In this document: in pieces, positions 1 through 8,548 of the stretch
Layout of the letters: the number at the start of each line of letters is the position of its first letter
How positions within the stretch are numbered: the stretch's first letter is position 1
NCBI GenBank assembly: GCA_003228115.1
Contig: QEVV01000004.1
Span: 165,577 to 229,576, forward strand
Length of the DNA: 64,000 nt
Reading direction: 5' to 3'
From: Chloroflexota bacterium
GTDB lineage: Bacteria; Chloroflexota; Dehalococcoidia; Lucifugimonadales; SAR202-VII-2
Notes under the pieces: generated by a model
What the model was told of the DNA's origin: nothing
What the model saw: only the letters and a program-made list of their open reading frames with translations
Databases searched by the model: none
Program-made: the position numbers and the translations under genes

Positions 1-123
1 CCTGGCGGCACCACCGCGGCAGCGCTCCAGGAGTTGGAACGGGGCGCTTTTCGTTCGACCATTGCAGAAGCCGTACGAGCGGCCTATGAGAGGTCCATAG
101 CATTAGGCCAAAAGGAGTCCTGA
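1..123 (+). CDS. proC: pyrroline-5-carboxylate reductase, C-terminal fragment (gene starts upstream of window)
   Basis: Frame-1 translation PGGTTAAALQELERGAFRSTIAEAVRAAYERSIALGQKES matches the conserved ProC C-terminal block (SPGGTT..LE.GGFR). TGA at 121-123. yggT follows, a common synteny. Confidence 0.6.
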   Translation, partial: PGGTTAAALQELERGAFRSTIAEAVRAAYERSIALGQKES

Positions 124-127
124 ATTA

Positions 128-385
128 ATGAAGGACCTACTACTCACAATCATAGATATCCTTACATATGTCATCTTCGCCCAGGTTCTCATCTCCTGGT
201 TGCTGGCCTTTGGCGTTCGCCACCCAATGATCCTCACCCTAAACCGGGCCGTCATGACCATAACCGACCCTCTCATGAGGCCCCTTCGCAGGGTTATTCC
301 CAACCTAGGCATGATCGACATCACGCCCATGGTGACTATTATCGCACTGGTCTTCCTGCGAAAGGCAGTCAGGGAATTACTCTAA
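128..385 (+). CDS. yggT: YggT family membrane protein
   Basis: 85-aa hydrophobic ORF with the YggT-like core (ILISWLL...NPL...LTDPLLRPLRR.IP..GGIDISPM pattern). Confidence 0.8.
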   Translation: MKDLLLTIIDILTYVIFAQVLISWLLAFGVRHPMILTLNRAVMTITDPLMRPLRRVIPNLGMIDITPMVTIIALVFLRKAVRELL

Positions 386-588
386 CCGCCGCCGCGCCTC
401 CACCTCTCCCAGCCTTCTATCTCCACAACCTTGTGCCTTGATGCGCACGGATTTCCCTCGTTTGCCTTGCCGTCCACTGGCGCCGCCGACAGCCGCACCC
501 GCAGGACGCCATCAACGAACCCTAAGATTTGGTTCTGACGAGCCTTGGGCTGAACATGGACAGCAATCGTGGCTGACATAACCAACAC
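382..588 (-). CDS. DUF167 (YggU-like) protein, apparently shortened
   Basis: The segment VHVQPKARQNQILGFVDGVLRVRLSAAPVDGKANE resembles the DUF167 core. About 20 aa expected between GKANE and SRHK..VEI appear to be missing. An ATG at 579 is an alternative start. Confidence 0.4.
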   Translation of the reverse strand: MLVMSATIAVHVQPKARQNQILGFVDGVLRVRLSAAPVDGKANEGNPCASRHKVVEIEGWERWRRGGG

Positions 589-772
589 CTACAAGATGTC
601 GCGGATACAAGGGTTGAAGGGCGGGTTGGGAAAGGCGCCGCCAGCCTCTCTACCAGAATCGACTGCTCGTAATGATCCCAAACGGCGAACCCCGCCGCAT
701 TGGCTCATATAGGTTGACCGGGGCTTCAACCAACGCGCATAATGACCCAAACCTGCCCCATAGGCGGCACTC

Positions 773-1105
773 ATGCACCGAAAAGAACTGCTGAAGGGTA
801 GCACGGAATCACTCCTCCTGGCGGTGCTGGAAGGGGGCCCTCATTATGGGTACCAGCTTGCCAAGGAAATGGAGAAGCGCAGCTCCGGGTACTTCCGCTT
901 TAAGGAAGGCACCCTCTACCCCGCGCTGCACCGGCTTGAAAAGGCAAACCTTCTTGAGGGCAAGTGGGAAACGGCTGCCAGCGGACAGCAACGCCGCTAC
1001 TATCATGTCACTGCGCAAGGCCTTGAGGCCCTGGCTAACATGATGGACGAATGGCGCAGCTTCTCCCGAGCCGTCAACTTGGTTATCCAACCAGAATTGG
1101 CCTGA
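773..1105 (+). CDS. PadR family transcriptional regulator
   Basis: Carries LLLAVLEGGPHYGYQLAKEM....FRFKEGTLYPALHRLEKANLLEGKWE...RRYYHVT, the classic PadR winged-helix signature. Confidence 0.9.
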   Translation: MHRKELLKGSTESLLLAVLEGGPHYGYQLAKEMEKRSSGYFRFKEGTLYPALHRLEKANLLEGKWETAASGQQRRYYHVTAQGLEALANMMDEWRSFSRAVNLVIQPELA

Positions 1106-1111
1106 GGCTTC

Positions 1112-2086
1112 ATGCTCTCAGAGTTTGAACTCTACCTGGGCTCCGTGGAACGCCGCCTGCATCTCAGGCCGGAGCAGGAACGCGACATCCTTGTTGAGCT
1201 CCGCGACCACCTGCAGGAGCGAGCGGACGACTATCGCCAACAGGGAATGAACCCCAAGCTTGCCTTCAAACAGGCCGTTGAAGACATGGGCGTCCCCGAT
1301 GACGTCGCCCGCCGCATGTACGACATTCACAGCGGCAATTCGTGGCGGGACGCCATTCTCGCAGCCACCCCTCACCTAACCTTGGCACTGCTTTTCGCGA
1401 TGCACCTCTGGACCCGTACCGCTTGGGTAGTGGTCATCGTTGGAATGTTGGCCCTCGTCAGCCTGCAGGGCTGGCGCCGCACCAAATCCATGTGGCTCTA
1501 CCCTTGGTTAAGCTACACCCTAGCGATCCCCATCCTATCCAGCCTCGCTGCCATGGGGGCGGTCGCCTACGGTGTGTGGAGCCTTGTACAGAATGGCCAT
1601 GCTCCGCTTGGTATCCCCTACTACATTCTGTTTGGCCTCTACGCGCCTTTCGCGCTGTACATCACCGCATCCATGGCCTCCAAAGTCGTGCGGAGAGACT
1701 GGCTGCTGGCCTCGCTCACAGCAACGCCGCTGCCGGTACTGATGGGTTGGCTGCTTTACATCCAGGACGAGGGCCGGGGCTTTGGTGAGAGCCCACAGCA
1801 GATCGGCCAGACCGACGGCTCCACGGCACTCGTGTTCCTAGCACTGGCGATCACGACTGCTGTGTTCCTGAGAGTGAGCCAACGCCTCTTCCGCATACTC
1901 CTCCTCATCACCGCCACCCCTATTCTTTCATTCTTTGCCTACCTCACCTTCATCGGAAGCCCAGGGTTGCTGACCCTCATCGTCATCATCGCCCTGTGCG
2001 CCGTCCTCCTCCTTGGCCCAGCCCTGCTTGACGCTCGTGCCAGCCAGTCATCTCCCACCGGCCCACCCGCCTTCAGCCGCCAATAG
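1112..2086 (+). CDS. PadR-associated polytopic membrane protein (N-terminal cytoplasmic helical domain)
   Basis: Starts 7 nt after padR. The soluble N-terminus (FELYLGSVERRL...RDILVELRDHLQE) is typical of membrane partners of PadR regulators. Multiple TM helices follow. Confidence 0.6.
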   Translation: MLSEFELYLGSVERRLHLRPEQERDILVELRDHLQERADDYRQQGMNPKLAFKQAVEDMGVPDDVARRMYDIHSGNSWRDAILAATPHLTLALLFAMHLWTRTAWVVVIVGMLALVSLQGWRRTKSMWLYPWLSYTLAIPILSSLAAMGAVAYGVWSLVQNGHAPLGIPYYILFGLYAPFALYITASMASKVVRRDWLLASLTATPLPVLMGWLLYIQDEGRGFGESPQQIGQTDGSTALVFLALAITTAVFLRVSQRLFRILLLITATPILSFFAYLTFIGSPGLLTLIVIIALCAVLLLGPALLDARASQSSPTGPPAFSRQ

Positions 2087-2199
2087 TTACCACTCTCTGA
2101 TCTCGTCCGGGTCCAGAAGGAGATCCTGCAGCCGGCACTGGCTGCAGGGATTACACCCCGCCGACGCTGCAGTTTTCGCCGCAAGGATTCCTAGCAACG

Positions 2200-2295
2200 G
2201 GGGTGCAGGGGCAAAGCCCCGCCGGGGGTTCGGGGGAGTCCCCCGACTCCTCAAACGTTCGTAGGGCGGGATCGGGTGGGACCACAACGTTAGCC
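2200..2295 (+). repeat. Family-A structured intergenic element, copy 1
   Basis: Sequence gggtgcaggggcaaagccccgccggggg..tcgggggagtcccccga..aacgttcgtagggcgggatcgggtgggac; shares the consensus with 15 other copies. Confidence 0.85.
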
Positions 2296-2425
2296 CTTAG
2301 AAGACCGTCCGACACTAGCCTCCACCCTTATTGGCGGGCTAGCCCTGCTAAGAGGGCCCTCTCCCTTGCAGCGCCCGCCGGGATACACTAACGTAGCTTC
2401 ACTACTAACAAGTTGGAGGTCGGCC

Positions 2426-3595
2426 ATGGTAGAAGCAGCCAAGAAAACACTCCGTATCGACGCTGACAGTCACTTTCAACCCCTCCTAGACCACGACTCT
2501 CTGTCCGTCCTGCTGCCAGACTTCGAGCCAAGGCTCGTGGACATGATCGCACGGGACGCCGCCGTCTTCTCTGACCCCAATGCACGTGGCGGGGGCTTCA
2601 GTGGCTCGGCAGCAGGCCAGCAGGTGGGAGCCTTGGTGGGCGGCATCGCTGCCCCAAAGAGTTCTGGGCCCATAGGCCACGCTGAGTTCGAAGAGCGCGC
2701 CAAGCTGCTTCCTGCGACCGGATTCGACATGCAGGTGCTCATCCCTGATGGCGTTTTCTTGGAGAAGCCCTTCAAGTCGCCGATTGAGGTGGCCGAGTCA
2801 GGGATCGACCCTCTCATCCGCTACGCGCTGTGCGTCGGTTATAACAACGCCGTATCCCAGGCGCAGACCACCTTGGCCAACACCTTCATCGGCGGGGCGC
2901 TGGTCCCCTTCGGCGGTGGCACCGTGCAACAGTGCTGCGACGAAGCCATCAGAGGCGTCAAGGAACTGGGCCTCAAGGCCATCGTCATCAACGACAACTG
3001 GGCGGGCCGCAACTACGATTCGCTTGACCTGTACCCCTTCTGGCAAACCGTCAACGACCTGAACGTGCCGATCATCGTGCACCCTGCCCCCTTTGCCTGC
3101 CAGGTCACAGACCATGTGCCTCGCACCTATCGTCTGGGCTGGGAACGCATGCGGCGTCTACACATCAGCAACTACTTGGGCTTCGCCTTTGAGTATATGG
3201 TGGCCCTCGCCAGCCTCACCCTGGGCGGCGTATTCAAAGAGTTCCCCAACCTCCGCTTCTGTTTCTACGAGGCTGGCGGCTCCTGGCTTCCTTGGGTCAT
3301 GTTCACTCTTGACCACACCTACAATGTGGAGCGCCAGTGTGCTCGCTGCGACATACCCCCCAGCGAGCAGATCATGAAGTCTTGCTTCATCGCCGTGGAG
3401 CCCTACGAAGAACCCATCGTCGGGACCATTGCACAGGTGGGAAGCAAGAATTTCCTCGTGGGCAGCGACTACCCCCACCCACCCTCCACCTTCCCCAACA
3501 CCGCCGTAGGAATCGAACGGCTGGAGGGCCTGACGCAGCAAGACAAGGACAACATCCTGGGCATCAACGCTCGGGCCGTTTTCCAGGTTCCCTAA
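2426..3595 (+). CDS. amidohydrolase family protein (PF04909/ACMSD-like metal-dependent hydrolase)
   Basis: N-terminal IDADSHF metal motif and C-terminal VGSDYPHP motif. Start moved to ATG 2426, which is preceded by GGAGG at 2415-2419. Confidence 0.85.
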   Translation: MVEAAKKTLRIDADSHFQPLLDHDSLSVLLPDFEPRLVDMIARDAAVFSDPNARGGGFSGSAAGQQVGALVGGIAAPKSSGPIGHAEFEERAKLLPATGFDMQVLIPDGVFLEKPFKSPIEVAESGIDPLIRYALCVGYNNAVSQAQTTLANTFIGGALVPFGGGTVQQCCDEAIRGVKELGLKAIVINDNWAGRNYDSLDLYPFWQTVNDLNVPIIVHPAPFACQVTDHVPRTYRLGWERMRRLHISNYLGFAFEYMVALASLTLGGVFKEFPNLRFCFYEAGGSWLPWVMFTLDHTYNVERQCARCDIPPSEQIMKSCFIAVEPYEEPIVGTIAQVGSKNFLVGSDYPHPPSTFPNTAVGIERLEGLTQQDKDNILGINARAVFQVP

Positions 3596-3608
3596 CGCAT
3601 CTCGAAAC

Positions 3609-3653
3609 AAAGAAACAGGCCCATCCAATGTTGGATGGGCCTGTTTCTTTTGG
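3609..3653 (+). terminator. intrinsic terminator
   Basis: Perfect 19-bp stem aaagaaacaggcccatcca / tggatgggcctgtttcttt, followed by a T-rich tail. Confidence 0.8.
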
Positions 3654-3808
3654 ACATCCGAGTCTAATTTTACCTATTGAGCCTCAATGGAAGGCCCTAT
3701 AAGCTTCCCGGAAAAGGCGGCTATGGCAGGGCTCCCAAGGTACATCATTGCCAAAACCGTCCTCCTGGCGCAGCATAACAACATCGCTATCTGACAAAGG
3801 CCAATCCC

Positions 3809-4126
3809 TTGATCAAAAAACGCAACATGTTCGGTCAGGTCCTGTGGTTCGTAAGTACGCTTGGCCTCTACGGCATTTATTGGGTGTACACCAGCTTCTC
3901 AGAGATGAACGACTACCTGCAGTTGGGAGAGAATCCAGCCCTTCTGACCGTCCTCTCGTTTATCCCGTTTCTCAACTACTACGCCCTCTATAAGCACGCT
4001 GAGGCCGTGGAGTCCCTCTCGGAAGGAAGCGTCAACAAGGTACTCATGTTCGTTGTGTGGGTAGTCTTCTCACCAGCAGCGTGGTTCATCACTCAAATGG
4101 AACTGAACAAACGAGCGACGGCCTAG
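3809..4126 (+). CDS. small membrane protein (DUF4234-like)
   Basis: 105-aa ORF with the GLYGIYWVY motif and hydrophobic helices. An alternative ATG lies at 3827. Confidence 0.5.
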   Translation: MIKKRNMFGQVLWFVSTLGLYGIYWVYTSFSEMNDYLQLGENPALLTVLSFIPFLNYYALYKHAEAVESLSEGSVNKVLMFVVWVVFSPAAWFITQMELNKRATA

Positions 4127-4171
4127 ACTCGGCGTGTAACATCGCCTAGTTGAGCAAGGCCGCTGTTTTGT

Positions 4172-4200
4172 TTGCGCCCCTCCCGTGTCTTCGTTACAAT
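4172..4200 (+). promoter_or_regulatory. candidate sigma-70-type promoter of the mrp cluster
   Basis: TTGCGC (4172-4177), a 17-bp spacer, then TACAAT (4195-4200), about 57 bp upstream of the mnhE start. Confidence 0.35.
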
Positions 4201-4213
4201 GCGTTCCACCTTG

Positions 4214-4240
4214 CGCCCCTAGCCACAGATGGTAGGGGCG
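4214..4240. repeat. REP-like hairpin (CGCCCCTA / TAGGGGCG)
   Basis: 8-bp perfect inverted repeat with an 11-nt loop in the mnhE leader. It shares the GTAGGGGCG head with families C and D. Confidence 0.6.
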
Positions 4241-4256
4241 TTTCCAGAGAGGAATC

Positions 4257-4850
4257 GTGGCCCAAGCCCCGGACGTCAAACGCAGCCGACGTCGCAGAAT
4301 TATCTTCATAGCCGCTCAGGCCATCTTCCTTTACGCCTTCTGGCTAGGCCTCTCCGGACGAACTAGGCCGTTGGAATTGGTAATGGGGCTCTTCGCCGTG
4401 GCCTTGGTCGTCACCATGACCAGCCATGTCGCTGAGTCTCATCACCCCGAAGGATCGGCGCTCCCCGGCACCCACCCGGAGCAGTTTCGGCCCTTTCGCC
4501 TACTCATGTATTTCCCATGGTTGCTCCTGCAGATTGTCAAAGCCAACCTAGAAGTGGCCTACCTGGTGCTGCACCCGGGGCACTTGAATCCTGTGCTGGT
4601 GGAGTTTCGCACGACCCTCCACAGCGAAGCGTCGCAGGTCCTGTTGGCGCACTCCATTACCCTCACACCAGGGACCATTACCATAGATGTCCATGATGGC
4701 CGTTACCTGGTGCACGCCATCACACCCGAATCTGCGGAATCGCTCTTCCAAGGGCACATGCAGCAGCGAGTGCAGCAGATCTTCGGCCTCGACCCAGAGC
4801 CGCCCACGGAGTTCACGATCACACGTGACCCTCATGAGGTGCACGTGTGA
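4257..4850 (+). CDS. mnhE: Na+/H+ antiporter subunit E (MnhE/MrpE/MbhA-like)
   Basis: Carries LLLQIVKANLEVAYLVL.P...P.LVEF.T.L.S......LAHSITLTPGT..IDV, the MnhE signature. GTG start. Confidence 0.85.
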   Translation: MAQAPDVKRSRRRRIIFIAAQAIFLYAFWLGLSGRTRPLELVMGLFAVALVVTMTSHVAESHHPEGSALPGTHPEQFRPFRLLMYFPWLLLQIVKANLEVAYLVLHPGHLNPVLVEFRTTLHSEASQVLLAHSITLTPGTITIDVHDGRYLVHAITPESAESLFQGHMQQRVQQIFGLDPEPPTEFTITRDPHEVHV

Positions 4851-5119
4851 CGACCCTGGTGTTGTACCTCGCCGTCCTTCTGGCGTTGCTTATGGCCGCT
4901 TCCATGTACCGGCTCATCAAGGGCCCCACCATCTTCGACCGCATGGTGGCAGCGGGAGCCATGGGAACCAAATCCCTACTGTTACTGGCGTTCGTCGGTT
5001 TCCTGTATGGACGCACGGATGTCTTCGTCGATCTAGCCATCGCTTACGGCTTGCTCAACTTCATTAGCGCCATCGTCGTTGCCAAGTACTTCGAACGGCG
5101 CAGGGAAGAAGCGCCATAA
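4847..5119 (+). CDS. mnhF: monovalent cation/H+ antiporter subunit F
   Basis: YRLIKGPTIFDRMVA......K...LL is the MnhF motif. Its start overlaps the mnhE stop by 4 nt. Confidence 0.85.
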   Translation: MTTLVLYLAVLLALLMAASMYRLIKGPTIFDRMVAAGAMGTKSLLLLAFVGFLYGRTDVFVDLAIAYGLLNFISAIVVAKYFERRREEAP

Positions 5120-5139
5120 CCAACATCGCCGGATCCATT

Positions 5140-5448
5140 TTGCTACTCTTAGGCGCAGCCTTCCTAGTCCTTGCCACTCTCGGCATTGTGCGGCTGCCCG
5201 ACTTCTTTACGCGGGCTCACGCCATGGGCAAATCGGAGACCCTCGGAGCGATCCTTATTCTGGTTGGCCTTGCCGTCCTCAACGGCCTCAGCCTGGCCAG
5301 CTTCAAACTTGTCCTAATCCTGATTCTCATCGCCGTCGCTAACCCTGTGGCTACCCATGCATTGGTGCGGGCTGCGCTCCGGTCCGGTTTAGCCCCCTGG
5401 GTGCGAAAGACCCATGACCAAGCCCCTGATTCGCGCGGCCAGGGCTAG
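5140..5448 (+). CDS. mnhG: monovalent cation/H+ antiporter subunit G
   Basis: LATLGIVRLPDFFTRAHAMGKSETLG is the MnhG signature. TTG start per the ORF track; the exact start is uncertain. Confidence 0.8.
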   Translation: MLLLGAAFLVLATLGIVRLPDFFTRAHAMGKSETLGAILILVGLAVLNGLSLASFKLVLILILIAVANPVATHALVRAALRSGLAPWVRKTHDQAPDSRGQG

Positions 5449-5456
5449 GAGTCGCC

Positions 5457-5702
5457 GTGGCCTGGCAACTCGACATCATTCTTTTCGTGCTCATCATCGT
5501 AGCCGCCATTTTCGCCTTGCAAATCAGGGACCTCCTGGCTGCAGTCATCGCTTTGGGGGCCTATAGCTTCTTCGCAGCGGTACTCCTTGCAGAGATGGGG
5601 GCAGTCGACGTGGCTTTCACCGAAGCTGCCCTTGGCGCAGGAGTCACGACAGTGCTATTCGTTGTTGCAATATTCGTCACCCGGCGGAGGTCAGAGGATT
5701 GA
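5457..5702 (+). CDS. DUF4040 domain membrane subunit (MbhD-like)
   Basis: 81-aa hydrophobic protein containing DLLAAVIALGAYSFFAAVLLAEMGAVDVAFTEAALGAG, typical of DUF4040. Confidence 0.7.
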   Translation: MAWQLDIILFVLIIVAAIFALQIRDLLAAVIALGAYSFFAAVLLAEMGAVDVAFTEAALGAGVTTVLFVVAIFVTRRRSED

Positions 5703-5977
5703 GGCGTCTACCTGTTCTTCTTGTGCTCGCTGCCTTCGCCGCCCTCCTTATCTACGCCGAGGGTGACCTTCCTGATCGTGGAGACGTGCAGGCGCCAGCA
5801 AACCAGCACGTGTCGGCTTACTACATACAACATGCTGAGGAGGAGGTTGAGACCCCCAACATCGTGAGCGGGGTACTGGCCGACTATCGGGGGTACGACA
5901 CGCTGGGCGAGACGGTGGTTATCTTTGCCGCCGGAATGGCCAGCCTCCTGATTCTGACACGCGGGGGCCACCGTTGA
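5699..5977 (+). CDS. MbhE-like small subunit of the Mrp/Mbh membrane module
   Basis: Carries NIVSGVLADYRGYDTLGETVVIFAAG, a motif characteristic of the MnhB/MbhE family. Overlaps its neighbours by 4 nt. Confidence 0.65.
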   Translation: MRRLPVLLVLAAFAALLIYAEGDLPDRGDVQAPANQHVSAYYIQHAEEEVETPNIVSGVLADYRGYDTLGETVVIFAAGMASLLILTRGGHR

Positions 5978-6405
5978 TTGACCGTTACGACAGCCTCATC
6001 GTCACCTTCACGACGCGCCTGCTAGTGCCCTTCATCCAGATCTTCGCGCTCTACGTCATTGCCCACGGGCATTTCAGCCCAGGCGGTGGTTTCCAGGGCG
6101 GAGCGATCCTCGCGGCCAGCGGACTGCTCGTCAGGATCTCGCTCGGCCAGCCCGTCGTACGGTGGTTCACTCACAGCCGCATGCGATGGCTTGGGGCTGC
6201 GGGTCTTCTCATCTTCGCTGGCACCGGCATAGTGCCGCTTTTCTTTGGCAGCGCCTACCTCGACTACAGCGGTCTGCCAATACCCTTCCTATCCGGCGCA
6301 GCCCTTCGAGCCACAGGGATTCTCATCGTTGAAATCGGCATAGCAATGGCAGTGCTGGGCATTTTGCTCACCATCTTCGACCATCTATCAGGCTGGGACC
6401 GGTGA
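5974..6405 (+). CDS. mnhB: Na+/H+ antiporter subunit B domain protein (MnhB/MbhF-like)
   Basis: Carries HGHFSPGGGFQGGAILAA, the MnhB core motif. Confidence 0.85.
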   Translation: MIDRYDSLIVTFTTRLLVPFIQIFALYVIAHGHFSPGGGFQGGAILAASGLLVRISLGQPVVRWFTHSRMRWLGAAGLLIFAGTGIVPLFFGSAYLDYSGLPIPFLSGAALRATGILIVEIGIAMAVLGILLTIFDHLSGWDR

Positions 6406-6479
6406 GTCAGCCAGCCACAGAAAGACCGATAACAAGCGACGAGGCGGCGTCAAATAACAATCAGCCCTCTGCCATTGCA

Positions 6480-6575
6480 GGGGTGCAGGGGCGCAGCCCC
6501 GCCGGGGGTCACAGGGGGTGTCCCCCTGTACCAAAGACGTTAGAGGGTGGGCCGGACGGGACAACAGCGTTAGCC
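6480..6575 (+). repeat. Family-A structured intergenic element, copy 2 (inside the mrp cluster)
   Basis: Sequence gggtgcaggggcgcagccccgccgggggtcacagggggtgtccccctgta..gacgttagagggtgggccggacgggac. Confidence 0.85.
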
Positions 6576-6663
6576 CATCCAAGCCGCTAGCAAACCGATA
6601 CGCAAATGGAAAAAGCCCCTTAGGGGCTACAGAATTACCACGCCAGGGGGAAAAGGACGATCC

Positions 6664-7035
6664 ATGTTTGACGACTTTCTAGCACGATACGCCTACTGGC
6701 TGACCACCGTCCTTATGGTGATCGGCCTTTACGGCATGCTAGGCAAACGCAACCTCATGAAGAAACTCATCGGCATGAACATTTTCCAGTCCGCCATCAT
6801 CCTCTTCTTCATCGCCGGCAGCGTAAAGGAAGGGGCAACCGTGCCCATCATTCAGGGCGGACACCACGAAGCCATAGACGTCGCCGCTTATGCCAATCCC
6901 CTTCCCCACGTGCTGATGCTGACGGCCATTGTCGTCAGCGTGGCGATAACGGGCGTCGCGTTGGCCTTCCTCATCGCCATGTACAAGCGTCATGGCAGCT
7001 TGGAAGAACCGACCATCCTTGGAGACATGCAATAG
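6664..7035 (+). CDS. mnhC: cation:proton antiporter subunit C (MnhC/NuoK-like)
   Basis: Carries LYGMLGKRNLMKKLIGMNIFQSAIILFFIA, the MnhC signature. Confidence 0.85.
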   Translation: MFDDFLARYAYWLTTVLMVIGLYGMLGKRNLMKKLIGMNIFQSAIILFFIAGSVKEGATVPIIQGGHHEAIDVAAYANPLPHVLMLTAIVVSVAITGVALAFLIAMYKRHGSLEEPTILGDMQ

Positions 7036-7067
7036 GCTTCCCCGACCAGCTACCCATCCTTATTCCC

Positions 7068-8519
7068 ATGGTCCCACTCTTAGGGGCCTTTCTTGCCTCC
7101 GTCCTCGGCTGGTACAGGGCAAAGTTAGCCTACACCGTGACGCTGGCGTCGGTCGGCTTTTCCCTCGCGGCCTCGGTGACAGTCCTGGTCGATGTCCTGC
7201 GAAACGGGGACGTCCAGTACCGCCTGGGCGGTTGGGCGCCCCCCATCGGCATCGAGGTCGCCATCGATCCCCTATCGGCATTCGTGGCGGTGGTTGTTAC
7301 CGCTGTGGCCCTGATTGTCCTCGTGCCTTCCCGCCAGCTCATGGCCAACGAGTTGCCCGCTGGCGGAGGCGGCCCCTACGCCAGCGTGGTACTGCTCTTG
7401 ATGGCCGGCCTGACCGGCATCATCATCACCGGCGACCTCTTCAACCTCTTTGTATTCCTGGAGATTGCCTCGCTGGCGGCCTACGCCCTCGTCGCCGTCG
7501 GCGGAGGAAAGGCGACCGTCTCAGGCTTCAGATACCTGATCCTGGGAACAATAGGCGGCTCCTTCTATCTGCTGGGGGTCGGTCTCATCTATTTCATGAC
7601 CGGGACCCTCAACATGGCAGACGCCGCTCGCCTGCTCCCAGAGGTCCAAAACACCACGACCATTGTTGCCGCGGTTGTGCTCATCACCACGGGCCTTGGC
7701 CTGAAGATGGCCCTCTTTCCCTTACACCAATGGCTCCCTGACGCCTACGCCTACGCACCATCGGCAGTATCCGCTCTTATCGCTCCGATCGTGACCAAGG
7801 TCTACGCGTACGCGCTGATTCGCATGTACCTCTCCGTTTTTCCTCCCAGCTATATCACTGACGTCCTGCCCATCTCCACCGTACTGGTGATCCTAGGCAT
7901 GACCGGGATAGTCTTCGGCTCCGTTATGGCCTTTGCTCAACAGGATATCCGGCGCATGTTGGCTTATAGCAGCATCAGCCAGCTTGCCTTCATTGCCCTG
8001 GGAATCGGCCTGGCCAATTCCCTCGCCCTCATTGGCGCCGTACTCCACATCATGAACCACGCGGTGATGAAGGCATGCCTGTTCTTAGCAGTAGGTTCCA
8101 TTCGCCGCCAGGCCGGCACGGCGTCAATACCCCAACTTGCAGGTCTGGGCCGGCGGATGCCGCTGACCATGGGCGCATTCACCGTAGGCGCACTATCCAT
8201 GATTGGCGTACCTCCCAGCAGCGGCTTCTTCAGCAAGTGGTACCTCATCCAGGGAGGAATAGACGCTTCTAATTGGGCTGCCGTCGCAGTCATCCTCATC
8301 AGCAGCCTTCTTACCGCCGTCTATTTCTTCAAGGTGCTGGAGAAAATCTATTTCGGCATACCTGAGCACTCCCAGAACGAGGCCGTGAATGAAGCGCCGG
8401 CAATCCTCGTGATACCTACATGGGTATTCGCCATTGCCATGGTCGCACTTGGAGTCGTGAACGCTTTCGTCGTGAGCGGGATACTGGACAAAGCCATCGG
8501 ACCGAATTGGGGTATTTAG
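7068..8519 (+). CDS. mnhD: antiporter-like subunit D (MnhD/NuoN family proton-conducting transporter)
   Basis: 483-aa polytopic protein with the motifs FNLFVFLEIASL, LFPLHQWLPDAY and MLAYSSISQL of the NuoL/M/N-MnhA/D family. Confidence 0.85.
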   Translation: MVPLLGAFLASVLGWYRAKLAYTVTLASVGFSLAASVTVLVDVLRNGDVQYRLGGWAPPIGIEVAIDPLSAFVAVVVTAVALIVLVPSRQLMANELPAGGGGPYASVVLLLMAGLTGIIITGDLFNLFVFLEIASLAAYALVAVGGGKATVSGFRYLILGTIGGSFYLLGVGLIYFMTGTLNMADAARLLPEVQNTTTIVAAVVLITTGLGLKMALFPLHQWLPDAYAYAPSAVSALIAPIVTKVYAYALIRMYLSVFPPSYITDVLPISTVLVILGMTGIVFGSVMAFAQQDIRRMLAYSSISQLAFIALGIGLANSLALIGAVLHIMNHAVMKACLFLAVGSIRRQAGTASIPQLAGLGRRMPLTMGAFTVGALSMIGVPPSSGFFSKWYLIQGGIDASNWAAVAVILISSLLTAVYFFKVLEKIYFGIPEHSQNEAVNEAPAILVIPTWVFAIAMVALGVVNAFVVSGILDKAIGPNWGI

Positions 8520-8548
8520 GGTAGGCCCCCTTCCCTATCAAAAACGAC

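Noticed and set aside
589-804. 71-aa minus-strand ORF between the DUF167 gene and padR.
   Set aside because: It has no motif and overlaps the padR start and promoter region. It is probably non-coding.
6992-7741. 249-aa Arg/Pro/Gly-rich ORF.
   Set aside because: It is an out-of-frame overlap with mnhD (7068-8519), and its low-complexity basic composition is typical of off-frame GC-rich translation. The same reasoning applies to 10801-11559, 17573-18235, 18780-19661 and 62238-62789.
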